From the IMG/VR virus record IMGVR_UViG_3300027963_000064: 64,000 nt of DNA; one strand, 5' to 3'. The stretch comes from an uncultured virus (IMG/VR IMGVR_UViG_3300027963_000064) (Duplodnaviria > Heunggongvirae > Uroviricota > Caudoviricetes). Positions 18,646 through 27,016 of this stretch are shown here, piece after piece. Each line of letters opens with the position of its first letter. Position 1 is the first letter of the stretch. The notes beneath the pieces were generated by a model. It searched no databases. It saw nothing but the letters and a program-made list of their open reading frames with translations, and had not been told where the DNA came from. A program made the position numbers and the translations under genes.

Positions 18646-18885
18646 TCAAGCCTCAACTTCAGAAAAACTATCTTCCCAATATTCTTTCATTTCGTCAAGA
18701 TCGATCCCGCTATCATTCCACGCTACATTATCCGCAGTTTCAAAACATCCATCCTCTCTCATACCTTCAACGAATTCGGCGTAGTCGCTACAACCCTTTG
18801 CGAAGTTATATAGTCCCTCATCGTTACTAATCCACAAGCATACATTCCACGTTTGATAATTTGCATAGCCGTTGTACTTGCTCAT
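18646..18885 (-). CDS. Conserved phage early protein (YNG..NY.TWNV.LW type)
   Basis: Recognisable motif; acidic. Confidence 0.75.
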   Translation of the reverse strand: MSKYNGYANYQTWNVCLWISNDEGLYNFAKGCSDYAEFVEGMREDGCFETADNVAWNDSGIDLDEMKEYWEDSFSEVEA

Positions 18886-18887
18886 GT

Positions 18888-19073
18888 TTATACCTTTATG
18901 ATTCCAAGAATTTCGCAGTTGTTAATATACCACACCATGTTACGCAGACTGTTTGTGATTAATAGCGTTTTGAAACTATCATCACACAACGCATATCCCT
19001 CAGACTTAATAAGAATATGCAAATCATTCTCACGGGCCATCTTTACAACTTCTTTGAATGTTAACGTATCCAT
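18888..19073 (-). CDS. Hypothetical protein
   Basis: GAGG RBS, in operon. Confidence 0.6.
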   Translation of the reverse strand: MDTLTFKEVVKMARENDLHILIKSEGYALCDDSFKTLLITNSLRNMVWYINNCEILGIIKV

Positions 19074-19076
19074 CTT

Positions 19077-19391
19077 TCAATCCTCAAAGGGTGACATTTC
19101 TTCTTCAGAGAGACTAGCATACTGTGCGATAAGTGCTTCAACACGTTCAGCACTTCCCGGCTTTCCAACCTTGAACCGCATCTTATCTTCACCGCCAACG
19201 TATCGCGGATCGACACTATCGGCCTTAACCTTACCCATGTTTTTCAGGGCAGTACGATTGAACTTGATTACCTTTTCGACCTGAACCATTTCACCATCTA
19301 TGCTCTTGACAGCGGTGGGAATGGCGATTCCAAGGAAACACATACGGGCTTGACGCTTGGCTTTTTCGATGATGGGGAACTTGTTTTTCAT
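19077..19391 (-). CDS. Hypothetical protein (KPGSAERV motif)
   Basis: Promoter at 19421-19457 directly upstream. Confidence 0.7.
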   Translation of the reverse strand: MKNKFPIIEKAKRQARMCFLGIAIPTAVKSIDGEMVQVEKVIKFNRTALKNMGKVKADSVDPRYVGGEDKMRFKVGKPGSAERVEALIAQYASLSEEEMSPFED

Positions 19392-19637
19392 TTTCTTTTC
19401 TCTTTCTTTCTTGTGTTTCTATTATACAGTATCGGCATTTCGATGTCAATACCTTGAATCTTGCAATCTCGTAAGGCTAGATCATTCTCTGAAAGTATCG
19501 AACCTTCAGGGGATCTTGGGTAATCTTTCCATTCTGGATAAGATAGATAACCTTTCCATTCCTAACCATTGCACTAGTGTTTTTCGTAATCTGAATCATT
19601 TCCATTTTCAACTCTCTCTTTCTTATACCTTATATAG

Positions 19638-19654
19638 TGCATCTTCTGTGCCAA
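19638..19654 (-). promoter_or_regulatory. sigma54-type -24/-12 site
   Basis: TTGGCACAGAAGATGCA (GG-N10-GC), with GCATTTTGCA repeats and TGCCA-N3-TGACA upstream. Confidence 0.6.
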
Positions 19655-19767
19655 ACCAGAAATATTTTTTGACCTATTTTTCCCGTTAAAAACACACTAT
19701 GTCAGATTGGCAGCGGAGCATTTTGCAACACGGTGGAGCATTTTGCAATGCAATTTGCAATGCGTTG

Positions 19768-19845
19768 TAAGTTGTTGATAGCAAAGGAGTTACGTCAAAT
19801 TTTGCCCGCCCCGCTTGTCATAAGTCCTTATGCAGTAAGGAGATA
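19768..19845. repeat. Twin-palindrome element 8
   Basis: Palindromes start at 19768 and 19821. Confidence 0.92.
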
Positions 19846-20207
19846 CGTCGCAAGACAACCAAGAAAGAATGAGAAGCCCCACATGATATACATCTGTTCA
19901 TTCGTCATTATCATGGCTTTCTAATTCATAGATCATTTTCATGGTGGTATAGCACAATGCTACGCCTACGATATATCCAAGAGTCACACTTACGAAATCT
20001 ACGCTGTACATCCTTGCGCCTCTTATTGTTAATCACCGTATCCTACCCAGAAATCATCCCCTTTATCATTCTTCATGAGAGTATAGCCCCTTGCCCTCAT
20101 CTCATCATATTCCTTAAAACGCTGCCATACTTCGCATAGCGTTTCCATAACCGTAAGGAAAGCACCCATCACCCACACCATAGCGTATTCAATCTTACTG
20201 AACATTC

Positions 20208-20405
20208 TTATACCTTTCCCAGTTGCATATAAAGAGCGTCATGAACAACCCGAACAGCCCACGCACGATCCACGTTGGTAAATGCGTTGTAGCCGATTAC
20301 GTTATCTTTCACGTTATACGACCCATCCATATTACGAATGATCGACAACCCTACCAGAGCAGCGTACTTGTTGATGTTTTTATTGATTGTCTTAGAGCTA
20401 ACCAT
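20208..20405 (-). CDS. Hypothetical protein
   Basis: Promoter at 20424-20459 upstream. Confidence 0.65.
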   Translation of the reverse strand: MVSSKTINKNINKYAALVGLSIIRNMDGSYNVKDNVIGYNAFTNVDRAWAVRVVHDALYMQLGKV

Positions 20406-20467
20406 TTTCTTTTCCTTTTCCCTATTCTACATATCGTCTTTTAGGTTGTCAAGTCTTTAGGGAATTT

Positions 20468-20707
20468 TTACGGAAGATACATTTCTTCCACAACGTATCC
20501 AACCTCATCTACACCAATCCAACCACCATCATCCATGAATCCCAACTCATCATCAATGCAAATTTGGTTATGTCCATTGATACGAGCCTTTTCTAGCAGA
20601 TCGCCAGCAAAAGCGACATTGTTCACAAAGGTATCCAATGAACCGCTGTTCAGCAATTCGACCAACTCAGCAACCGTATTCAGCACAATCATGTTCTTCA
20701 TTTTCAT
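20468..20707 (-). CDS. Acidic hypothetical protein
   Basis: Promoter at 20740-20775 upstream. Confidence 0.65.
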   Translation of the reverse strand: MKMKNMIVLNTVAELVELLNSGSLDTFVNNVAFAGDLLEKARINGHNQICIDDELGFMDDGGWIGVDEVGYVVEEMYLP

Positions 20708-20838
20708 TCTCTCTTTTCTTCTTTTCTCTCTTACTTCTTATATCGACATTATACAGCACATTCTTTAGATTGCAAGCGAAAAATTCTAAGAATATTGTCA
20801 AGAGATTTTGACACTAATTCCCCCGATTTTTCCACACA

Positions 20839-20875
20839 TTGGCACAGTAATTGCTGTATGCAACTCCCGTGCCAT
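20839..20875. promoter_or_regulatory. Two opposed sigma54-type sites
   Basis: TTGGCACAGTAATTGCT (+, 20839-20855) and TGGCACGGGAGTTGCA (-, 20859-20874). Confidence 0.6.
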
Positions 20876-20911
20876 GCGTGGCGCTAGCCGGTTATATAGG
20901 GAAATACATCA

Positions 20912-20989
20912 TAAGTCTATACTACATAAGGAGTTACGTCAAGTGTTCGCCGCCCGCCTCGCCCTAAGTCCTTACGCTGCAAGGCTTTA
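20912..20989. repeat. Twin-palindrome element 9
   Basis: Palindromes start at 20912 and 20965. Confidence 0.92.
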
Positions 20990-20997
20990 CGTCTACT

Positions 20998-21318
20998 CTA
21001 CCATATCCATGTCTTATCATCCTTAACATTCATACCATCTACGTATGGTGTACCATCGTTCAGATACCATTCACCCTTCTTCTGGTACACACGTACAGGT
21101 GAATACTTGTTTATCCTATCCTTAGTGGTACTGGTATACCATCCGCCCGTATTGAGCGTTGCACTGTTGTCGTAATGAATCTTCACAACATATGTACCAT
21201 GTAGCATAATACCTACGCTACCATCGGGCAATATCTCTGCATACGTATTGTTACCTACCTTGCGAGTGTTACGCTTAGTCTTACCATGTACCATCTGAGT
21301 AGCTTCGTAGTGTGTCAT
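20998..21318 (-). CDS. Conserved phage early protein (GGW.T.TTK.R.N type)
   Basis: LHGT...LNTGGWYTSTTKDRIN...VYQKKGEWY. Confidence 0.75.
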   Translation of the reverse strand: MTHYEATQMVHGKTKRNTRKVGNNTYAEILPDGSVGIMLHGTYVVKIHYDNSATLNTGGWYTSTTKDRINKYSPVRVYQKKGEWYLNDGTPYVDGMNVKDDKTWIW

Positions 21319-21331
21319 TCTATATACCTTA

Positions 21332-21353
21332 GTGTGTGTGTGTGTGTGTGTGT
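21332..21353. repeat. (GT)11 microsatellite
   Basis: Intergenic, immediately upstream of the RBS of ORF 20998..21318. Confidence 0.95.
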
Positions 21354-21632
21354 TAGTCGTTAAGCATTGAATGCACAGCGTTACCTACCTCATGTACGGT
21401 ATAGGTGATAAACGCACATCCTGCGATAAGAGCGAACAACTGAACATAATCAATAAACGTCAACATTCTATATACCTTACTTAGCCTGAAGGGATCGAAC
21501 AAGATTCCAGCATTCATCGAACGTAATGTGTCGGGCGATTACCTTACCATCATACCATACCTCGTATCGGTCGCCCGTGCGATTAGAGGTATTCCAGTAG
21601 ATCATTTTGTTTGTGTTGTTGTTCATGTCTGT

Positions 21633-21669
21633 ATTATATAGTATCGGCTGGATGGTGTCAAGTACCTTA
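21633..21669 (-). promoter_or_regulatory. Nested sigma70 + sigma28-like promoter (example of about 19 in the left arm)
   Basis: TTGACA-N17-TATAAT interleaved with TAAGG-N16-GCCGATAC. Confidence 0.8.
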
Positions 21670-21680
21670 GAGAATATTTC

Positions 21681-21884
21681 TCAAATTTTCCAATGAGAAA
21701 ATTCTAGGGTGAAAGCTTGACCGGGATACTTGCTAGCGATGTACGCTTGTGCAGTTGATTTGCGATTGTCATCAGCGGAAACACCCTGAACAACCGTACC
21801 GTTGATGATCACCTTCCAGATTCGACGCTTGCGAATCTTGGGGAGACTGCTGATGAAACCGTTGACGCTTTGAACCTTTTCCAT
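21681..21884 (-). CDS. Hypothetical protein, first gene of the early arm (likely start MEKVQ)
   Basis: AAGGA RBS; promoter at 21922-21961. Confidence 0.6.
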   Translation of the reverse strand: MEKVQSVNGFISSLPKIRKRRIWKVIINGTVVQGVSADDNRKSTAQAYIASKYPGQAFTLEFSHWKI

Positions 21885-21921
21885 TTTCTTATCCTTTTCT
21901 CTATCGTTTTCTTCTTCTATC

Positions 21922-21961
21922 ATTATACAGTATTTATCGGCGTTGTCAAGAGAAATCTTCA
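21922..21961 (-). promoter_or_regulatory. Nested sigma70 + sigma28-like promoter
   Basis: TTGACA-N16-TATAAT interleaved with TGAAG-N15-GCCGATAA. Confidence 0.8.
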
Positions 21962-21991
21962 GATATTTCTAGAATTTTTTTGGATTTGTTA

Positions 21992-22069
21992 TAAGTGGTT
22001 GATATCATTGGACTTACGACGAATTTGGGCCACTGTATATGCTCTAAGTTGTTGATACGCAAGGACTTA
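21992..22069. repeat. Twin-palindrome element 10
   Basis: Palindromes start at 21992 and 22045. Confidence 0.9.
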
Positions 22070-22227
22070 GGGTGGGGGTTTTATCTTAGAAAACGGAAGC
22101 TGCCAAACTGGCAGAAAACCTCGGGGTGGTCCAGAAACAATAAGCATCAAAAAATGTAAATGTACTACCCGATCCACCCCGATTGCCCCTTATTTTCCCA
22201 CGTTTCTTTGTGATAATGCCTATCCGG

Positions 22228-22244
22228 GTGTATAATACCATGAG
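22228..22244 (+). promoter_or_regulatory. Putative late promoter (GTGTA-N8-TGAG)
   Basis: The motif recurs before late genes at 29637, 31792, 34850, 44081, 49892 and 55436. Confidence 0.6.
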
Positions 22245-22255
22245 GAGATTCTAAT

Positions 22256-22420
22256 ATGAATGAAAAGAAACAATTAGATTGTGAATTGCATTGTAAAGCT
22301 ACAGCCGAAGTCAAGCGATCCGTCATGGTGGACTTGGAACAGCCAGACGTTCCAATGATAGAATTACTAAAGGAACTTGAGGACGATGAAGCTAAAGACA
22401 ACACCAATTCAGATTCTTGA
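22256..22420 (+). CDS. Small acidic protein (54 aa, not in the ORF track)
   Basis: GAGGAG RBS; MNEKKQLDCELHCKATAEV... Confidence 0.55.
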   Translation: MNEKKQLDCELHCKATAEVKRSVMVDLEQPDVPMIELLKELEDDEAKDNTNSDS

Positions 22421-23159
22421 ACGTGGACTTCCCACAGAAAACTCTTGCGACATATTCTTATCTGGCACTGAACAGGTATGTGATTATTTTCCAGAGCTTC
22501 GTTATCAAAAAAACCCCCCTTGCTCTACTAATAATAGCTTTTTAGTAGCTTTTGGATTAGATAGCAAGTTTTACTACAGGCTTGAAAAGTATAATAAACG
22601 TAAGCTAATTGACTTAGAGATAGGTATAGGCCACCTCTTTCAAGAAGCCCCCAATATTATTCTTCTTAAACGATCTCAGCCTCTGCTATACAAGCATGGT
22701 GACGAGCAGATTGGTCCCATTACAAGACCCGTACATGCTTTTGCTTGTCACGACCCAGATGATTACTTAGTTGTTCAATCTTATAGCGCCCACTCTCTTC
22801 CAGAATTATTAGTTGATCCACACTCACTAATAGTTTCTATTCCAGATAACCCCCTCAATATTGTTAACTTAGAGGAAAACTCCGTTATTGGTAGACTTGA
22901 TGGTAATGTTACCTCCCTTTCTATTTTAGATATATGTAACAAAGCTACTGAATTGCTGATTGGCTATAGCAAACAAATTATCTTATCATGCTCTCAACTA
23001 GACGTTAAGAAGTTAAAAACTAAAATATTACAGTTGACCCCAAATAAACCAGCAGAACTAAAAAAAGGTAGTATCATTTACAATGAAGAACATGACACCA
23101 TTCAATACTTCGACGGATCTCGTTGGCGAACATTATTATGGAGATTCGAAGACGAATGA
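22386..23159 (+). CDS. Hypothetical protein
   Basis: GAGG RBS; C-terminal GSIIYN...IQYFDGSRW motif seen in virion proteins. Confidence 0.65.
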   Translation: MKLKTTPIQILERGLPTENSCDIFLSGTEQVCDYFPELRYQKNPPCSTNNSFLVAFGLDSKFYYRLEKYNKRKLIDLEIGIGHLFQEAPNIILLKRSQPLLYKHGDEQIGPITRPVHAFACHDPDDYLVVQSYSAHSLPELLVDPHSLIVSIPDNPLNIVNLEENSVIGRLDGNVTSLSILDICNKATELLIGYSKQIILSCSQLDVKKLKTKILQLTPNKPAELKKGSIIYNEEHDTIQYFDGSRWRTLLWRFEDE

Positions 23160-23650
23160 AGATACCAAAAAATATGTCCGAATCAGAAGTTATGCAAAAG
23201 ATATTATTAGTAGTAGATCGTATCGCCCCCAAGTATACCTTTAATGGATACGACGTTGATGATATAAAGCAAGAAGCTTATATTATATGCATGGATGCCC
23301 TTGATCGTTATGACGAAGCCCGCCCCCTTGAAAATTTCTTATCAGTTAATCTATCTAATCGACTCAAGAATTTCGTCCGCGACAACTATTTTACTAAGAA
23401 TGACACAGAGAAGAAAAAAGTCTTAAACCCATCACAATTATCTTATGATGACTGTCTTGAGTCTGAAGACCAAAACGTAGATATAAATATAGATGTGTCG
23501 CACATGAATAAGATTATAGATCAACACCTCCCGTCAAAATGCCGCTCAGACTATTTAAAAATACTCAGCGATGTTTACGTACCAAAGAAACGTAAAGCTG
23601 AAATTATCTCACTTATTAAGAATATAATGAAAGACCACGGCCATGCGTAA
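23156..23650 (+). CDS. Minimal sigma70-family (region 2) factor, probable late sigma
   Basis: DDIKQEAYIICMDALDRYD...LENFLSVNLSNRLKNFVR matches sigma region 2. Confidence 0.7.
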   Translation: MKIPKNMSESEVMQKILLVVDRIAPKYTFNGYDVDDIKQEAYIICMDALDRYDEARPLENFLSVNLSNRLKNFVRDNYFTKNDTEKKKVLNPSQLSYDDCLESEDQNVDINIDVSHMNKIIDQHLPSKCRSDYLKILSDVYVPKKRKAEIISLIKNIMKDHGHA

Positions 23651-24428
23651 GGGGCGAATTTCAAAAGAAGAAGAGAGATTTATATCTCGCAACGCCGAGT
23701 CTATGACCCTAGAGGATATAGCTAAATCTCTAGACCGGGATGTGGATTCTGTCGAACAATTCATGAAGAGGAAGCTTAAGCACGGACTTTCATTGGAAGA
23801 AGAAGCTGCTTTCTCTCTTGAAGATCGCCCGTACTGGACAGAGCTACAATCTCAATTCACTAGTGATGAATTAGAATTGTTTAAATATCACTGGAGCCGC
23901 ATTATCGCCCAGTTTAAAGATGACGTTTTCCCAACAGAAGAGTTGCAAGTTATAGACGTTATCAAGTTGGAGCTATTGATGAATAGGTGTCTTAAGGGTA
24001 ATAAGGATAATATCCAACAGATTTCTACTTATGAGGCTATGGTTAAAGATGAGAGGTCGAAAGATAAAGACGATCAAGACCTAGATTATATTATTAACTT
24101 AGAAAGACAGATAGCTTCCCTGCGGGCTTCACAAGAAAGTCTTAACCGTGACTACCGCGAGCTTCAAACTAAGAAAGCTAGTATGTTGCGCGAGATGAAG
24201 GGTACGCGAGAACAAAGAATTAAACGATTAGAAGATAGTAAACAGAGTTTCATTTCGTGGGTGGCTAATATGATGCAAGATCCAGAGACTATGAAGCAGT
24301 ACGGAATTGAGATGGAGAAAATGAAGATGGCGATGTTAAAAGAGAAGGAACGCTTAAGCGCGTTCCATAAGTATGAGGACGGGCTGGTTGATCAACCTTT
24401 TTTAACCCCAGACACTGTGCAGGAATAA
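23643..24428 (+). CDS. HTH + coiled-coil protein (possible terminase small subunit)
   Basis: N-terminal Myb/HTH-like segment (EEERFI...LEDIAKSLDR) and long coiled coil; lies upstream of TerL. Confidence 0.45.
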   Translation: MRKGRISKEEERFISRNAESMTLEDIAKSLDRDVDSVEQFMKRKLKHGLSLEEEAAFSLEDRPYWTELQSQFTSDELELFKYHWSRIIAQFKDDVFPTEELQVIDVIKLELLMNRCLKGNKDNIQQISTYEAMVKDERSKDKDDQDLDYIINLERQIASLRASQESLNRDYRELQTKKASMLREMKGTREQRIKRLEDSKQSFISWVANMMQDPETMKQYGIEMEKMKMAMLKEKERLSAFHKYEDGLVDQPFLTPDTVQE

Positions 24429-24429
24429 T

Positions 24430-24969
24430 ATGAAAGCATACTCACAAATTGACGGCTGGTTTAATCATGAAGATGTATATAGGTTTTTAGTATCTCAATG
24501 TGCATTTTGTGGCACTTTTGTTGAGTGTGGGGCATGGCTTGGGAAAAGCTCTGCATACTTAGTTGACATATCTGAATATAAAAAATTAAACGTATGGATT
24601 GTTGATAGCTGGCAGGGATCATCTAATGAGTTAGATACTCATCACAAGCTTGTTAAACATTCAGATATATACGCATCATTTCTTTCTAACATGGGAAATA
24701 GAAAGTTTCAACACGTAAAAGCTTTATCTTGTGAAGCAAGTTTACAATTCGATAATGAATCTTGCGACGTTGTATTTATAGATATGGAACATACATATGA
24801 AGCTGTTAAAAACGACATAGAGCTATGGCTACCAAAAGTTAAGAGTGGTGGATATCTTGCTGGTCATGATTATCATACTAACTGGCAGGGTGTCATACGG
24901 GCTGTTGATGAAAAATTTGGAAATAATATTACGGTTGATAACACTTGCTGGATATATAGAAAGGAATAA
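24430..24969 (+). CDS. Class I SAM-dependent methyltransferase (Methyltransf_24-like)
   Basis: VECGAWLGKS, VDSW, VFIDMEHTYE, KSGGYLAGHDY. Confidence 0.85.
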   Translation: MKAYSQIDGWFNHEDVYRFLVSQCAFCGTFVECGAWLGKSSAYLVDISEYKKLNVWIVDSWQGSSNELDTHHKLVKHSDIYASFLSNMGNRKFQHVKALSCEASLQFDNESCDVVFIDMEHTYEAVKNDIELWLPKVKSGGYLAGHDYHTNWQGVIRAVDEKFGNNITVDNTCWIYRKE

Positions 24970-24970
24970 T

Positions 24971-26032
24971 ATGCGTCAGGCAATTATATTTGGAGTAACC
25001 GGACAGGATGGAAGCCATCTCGCAGATCTTCTACTATCTAAGGATTATCATGTTATTGGTGTTTCAAGAAGAACCAGCACAGATAATACCCAAAGAATAA
25101 AACACCTAGAAGGATCACGTAGTTTCAAGTTGGTCGAGGGGGACATCACAGATGTAAGTAGTGTAATTAATATCTTTAGAAATTACGACGACGTAGATGA
25201 AATCTATAATCTAGCCGCACAATCGCATGTTGGAACTTCATTTAAGCAACCAGCCCTTACTTGGGATATTACCGGCAAAGGTTGTATTAACCTTCTACAG
25301 TCAATTGTAGATTGTCACATGTTTGGCGCACGGTTTTATCAAGCTTCCTCTAGTGAAATGTTTGGTAGTTCTTACGATATTGACCGTAACGGCAATAAAT
25401 ATCAAGATGAAAATACTAAGTTTATGCCGAATTCCCCATACGCAATTGCAAAATGCGCCGCTCATTATGCCGTTAGAATGTATAGAGATGCATATAGCTT
25501 ACATGCAAGTGCCGGAATATTATTTAATCACGAAGGCCCGCGTAGAGGCGATAATTTTGTAACCAAAAAAATAACTAATTGGATACAGTCCTTTTCGTCT
25601 TGGATGCACAAATATGACATAAAGCCAGAACAAATGTGTCCATCTGGAGACTACATCTATGGCCCCGTACAGGGCATGAGCTTTAAAAAACTAAGACTTG
25701 GCAACATAGACACGTATAGAGATTGGGGCTACGCTGGCGACTACGTAGAGGCCATGTGGTTGATGTTACAGCAAGAAGACCCCGACGATTACGTTGTATG
25801 CACAGAACAAACACATACTGTGGCTGAATTTTTAGATATAGCGTTTAACTCTTTAGGCTTACCAGCTTGGAGAGATTATATAGTAATAGATCCAGAGTTT
25901 TATAGGCCGTCTGAAGTTACATATCTGAAAGGGAGTTTTAAGAAAGCCAAGGAAAAACTAGGTTGGACACCCCGCCACGATCTAGAGGGCTTAATTAAAC
26001 TTATGCTACTTGACAGAAATGAGAAACTTTAG
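24971..26032 (+). CDS. gmd: GDP-mannose 4,6-dehydratase
   Basis: GVTGQDGSHLA, YNLAAQSHV, YQASSSEMFG, SPYAIAK, GILFNHE, RDWG. Confidence 0.95.
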   Translation: MRQAIIFGVTGQDGSHLADLLLSKDYHVIGVSRRTSTDNTQRIKHLEGSRSFKLVEGDITDVSSVINIFRNYDDVDEIYNLAAQSHVGTSFKQPALTWDITGKGCINLLQSIVDCHMFGARFYQASSSEMFGSSYDIDRNGNKYQDENTKFMPNSPYAIAKCAAHYAVRMYRDAYSLHASAGILFNHEGPRRGDNFVTKKITNWIQSFSSWMHKYDIKPEQMCPSGDYIYGPVQGMSFKKLRLGNIDTYRDWGYAGDYVEAMWLMLQQEDPDDYVVCTEQTHTVAEFLDIAFNSLGLPAWRDYIVIDPEFYRPSEVTYLKGSFKKAKEKLGWTPRHDLEGLIKLMLLDRNEKL

Positions 26033-26267
26033 ATTATCAATAGATCTATCTGACTTATACATAGAACTTAGGAGATTTGTTCTTAGAGAATATAGTCTAC
26101 CCTTTTCACTAATTTTTATAGAAGCCAATGATCCAGATGATGCATGTTATATGGTGCTAATTAAATTAATGAAACTACTTATGGATCAAGATCCATCGCT
26201 AGAAACTAGAATCTTATGCAAAAAAATCAAAAAACACATGAGAATAGATAAAATAGCACAATTATGA
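26019..26267 (+). CDS. Hypothetical protein
   Basis: Coupled ORF. Confidence 0.6.
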   Translation: MRNFRLSIDLSDLYIELRRFVLREYSLPFSLIFIEANDPDDACYMVLIKLMKLLMDQDPSLETRILCKKIKKHMRIDKIAQL

Positions 26268-26524
26268 AAAGGAACTATAATGATGAAGCGTACACTCAGT
26301 GGCGCAAAGACGTACTAAAAAGAGATGGGAAAAAATGTAAAATGCCGGGATGTAAGTCTAGAACTAGCTTACAAGTTCATCACATACAAAAATGGTCAAC
26401 AGCTAGCGCGCTAAGATATGACCTATCTAACGGGATTACTTTATGTAGAAAATGTCATGATTCTATTAAAGGTCAAGAAAATCATTATGTTCATGTATTC
26501 AAACTAATATTGGATAATTTATGA
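26264..26524 (+). CDS. HNH endonuclease
   Basis: RD..C..PGC....LQVHHI...NGITLCRKCH. Confidence 0.9.
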   Translation: MKRNYNDEAYTQWRKDVLKRDGKKCKMPGCKSRTSLQVHHIQKWSTASALRYDLSNGITLCRKCHDSIKGQENHYVHVFKLILDNL

Positions 26525-27015
26525 GTGAAACTAAAAAATTTATGGTCATCAAAGATACCCGTGAACAAGACGGATATTACTTTAAGGACTATAATACTTG
26601 TGGCGGGATGATTGAGCGAAAGCTTGATACCGGGGATTATTCCATAGAGGGATTAGAAGATAAAATATGTATAGAACGCAAGGGTTGCGTAGAAGAGTTA
26701 GCTACAAATCTAGGTCAAAAGAAATACGCCTTCCTAGACGAAATAGAGCGCATGAAACCATTCCCACACAAATTTCTAGTTCTAGAATTTACATTTGAAG
26801 AATTAGCAAAATTCCCAGAAGAAACTAGGATACCATTAAAAAACAAATCCTCAGTCAAAATCACGGGCAAGTATATGATGAAATGCTTGTTCGAATTCGC
26901 ATTATATAACAACGTACAGGTCATTTTCTGTGGAAATAAATACAACGGATTCTTGGCTGTTAGTAGCATTCTTAAGCGAGTTCATGAAATGTACACAACT
27001 GGAAGGAAAACTTAA
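26521..27015 (+). CDS. ERCC4/XPF-type nuclease
   Basis: DTREQ, LDTGDYS, IERK motifs. Confidence 0.85.
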   Translation: MSETKKFMVIKDTREQDGYYFKDYNTCGGMIERKLDTGDYSIEGLEDKICIERKGCVEELATNLGQKKYAFLDEIERMKPFPHKFLVLEFTFEELAKFPEETRIPLKNKSSVKITGKYMMKCLFEFALYNNVQVIFCGNKYNGFLAVSSILKRVHEMYTTGRKT

Positions 27016-27016
27016 C

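Noticed and set aside
11653..21026. Numerous plus-strand ORFs in the left arm
   Set aside because: They oppose the promoter and RBS orientation, have atypical composition and span regulatory elements.
7049..22069. Twin-palindrome elements as CRISPR mini-arrays (25-bp repeat, 28-bp spacer, repeat)
   Set aside because: Repeats are too degenerate within a pair, the spacers share a GC-rich pattern rather than being unique, and no cas genes are present in the window.
7049..22069. Elements as classical integron attC sites or intrinsic terminators
   Set aside because: No RYYYAAC/GTTRRRY ends and no integrase in the window. Arms carry many uncompensated mismatches and lack U tracts, while spacing is invariant, which favours dsDNA protein binding.
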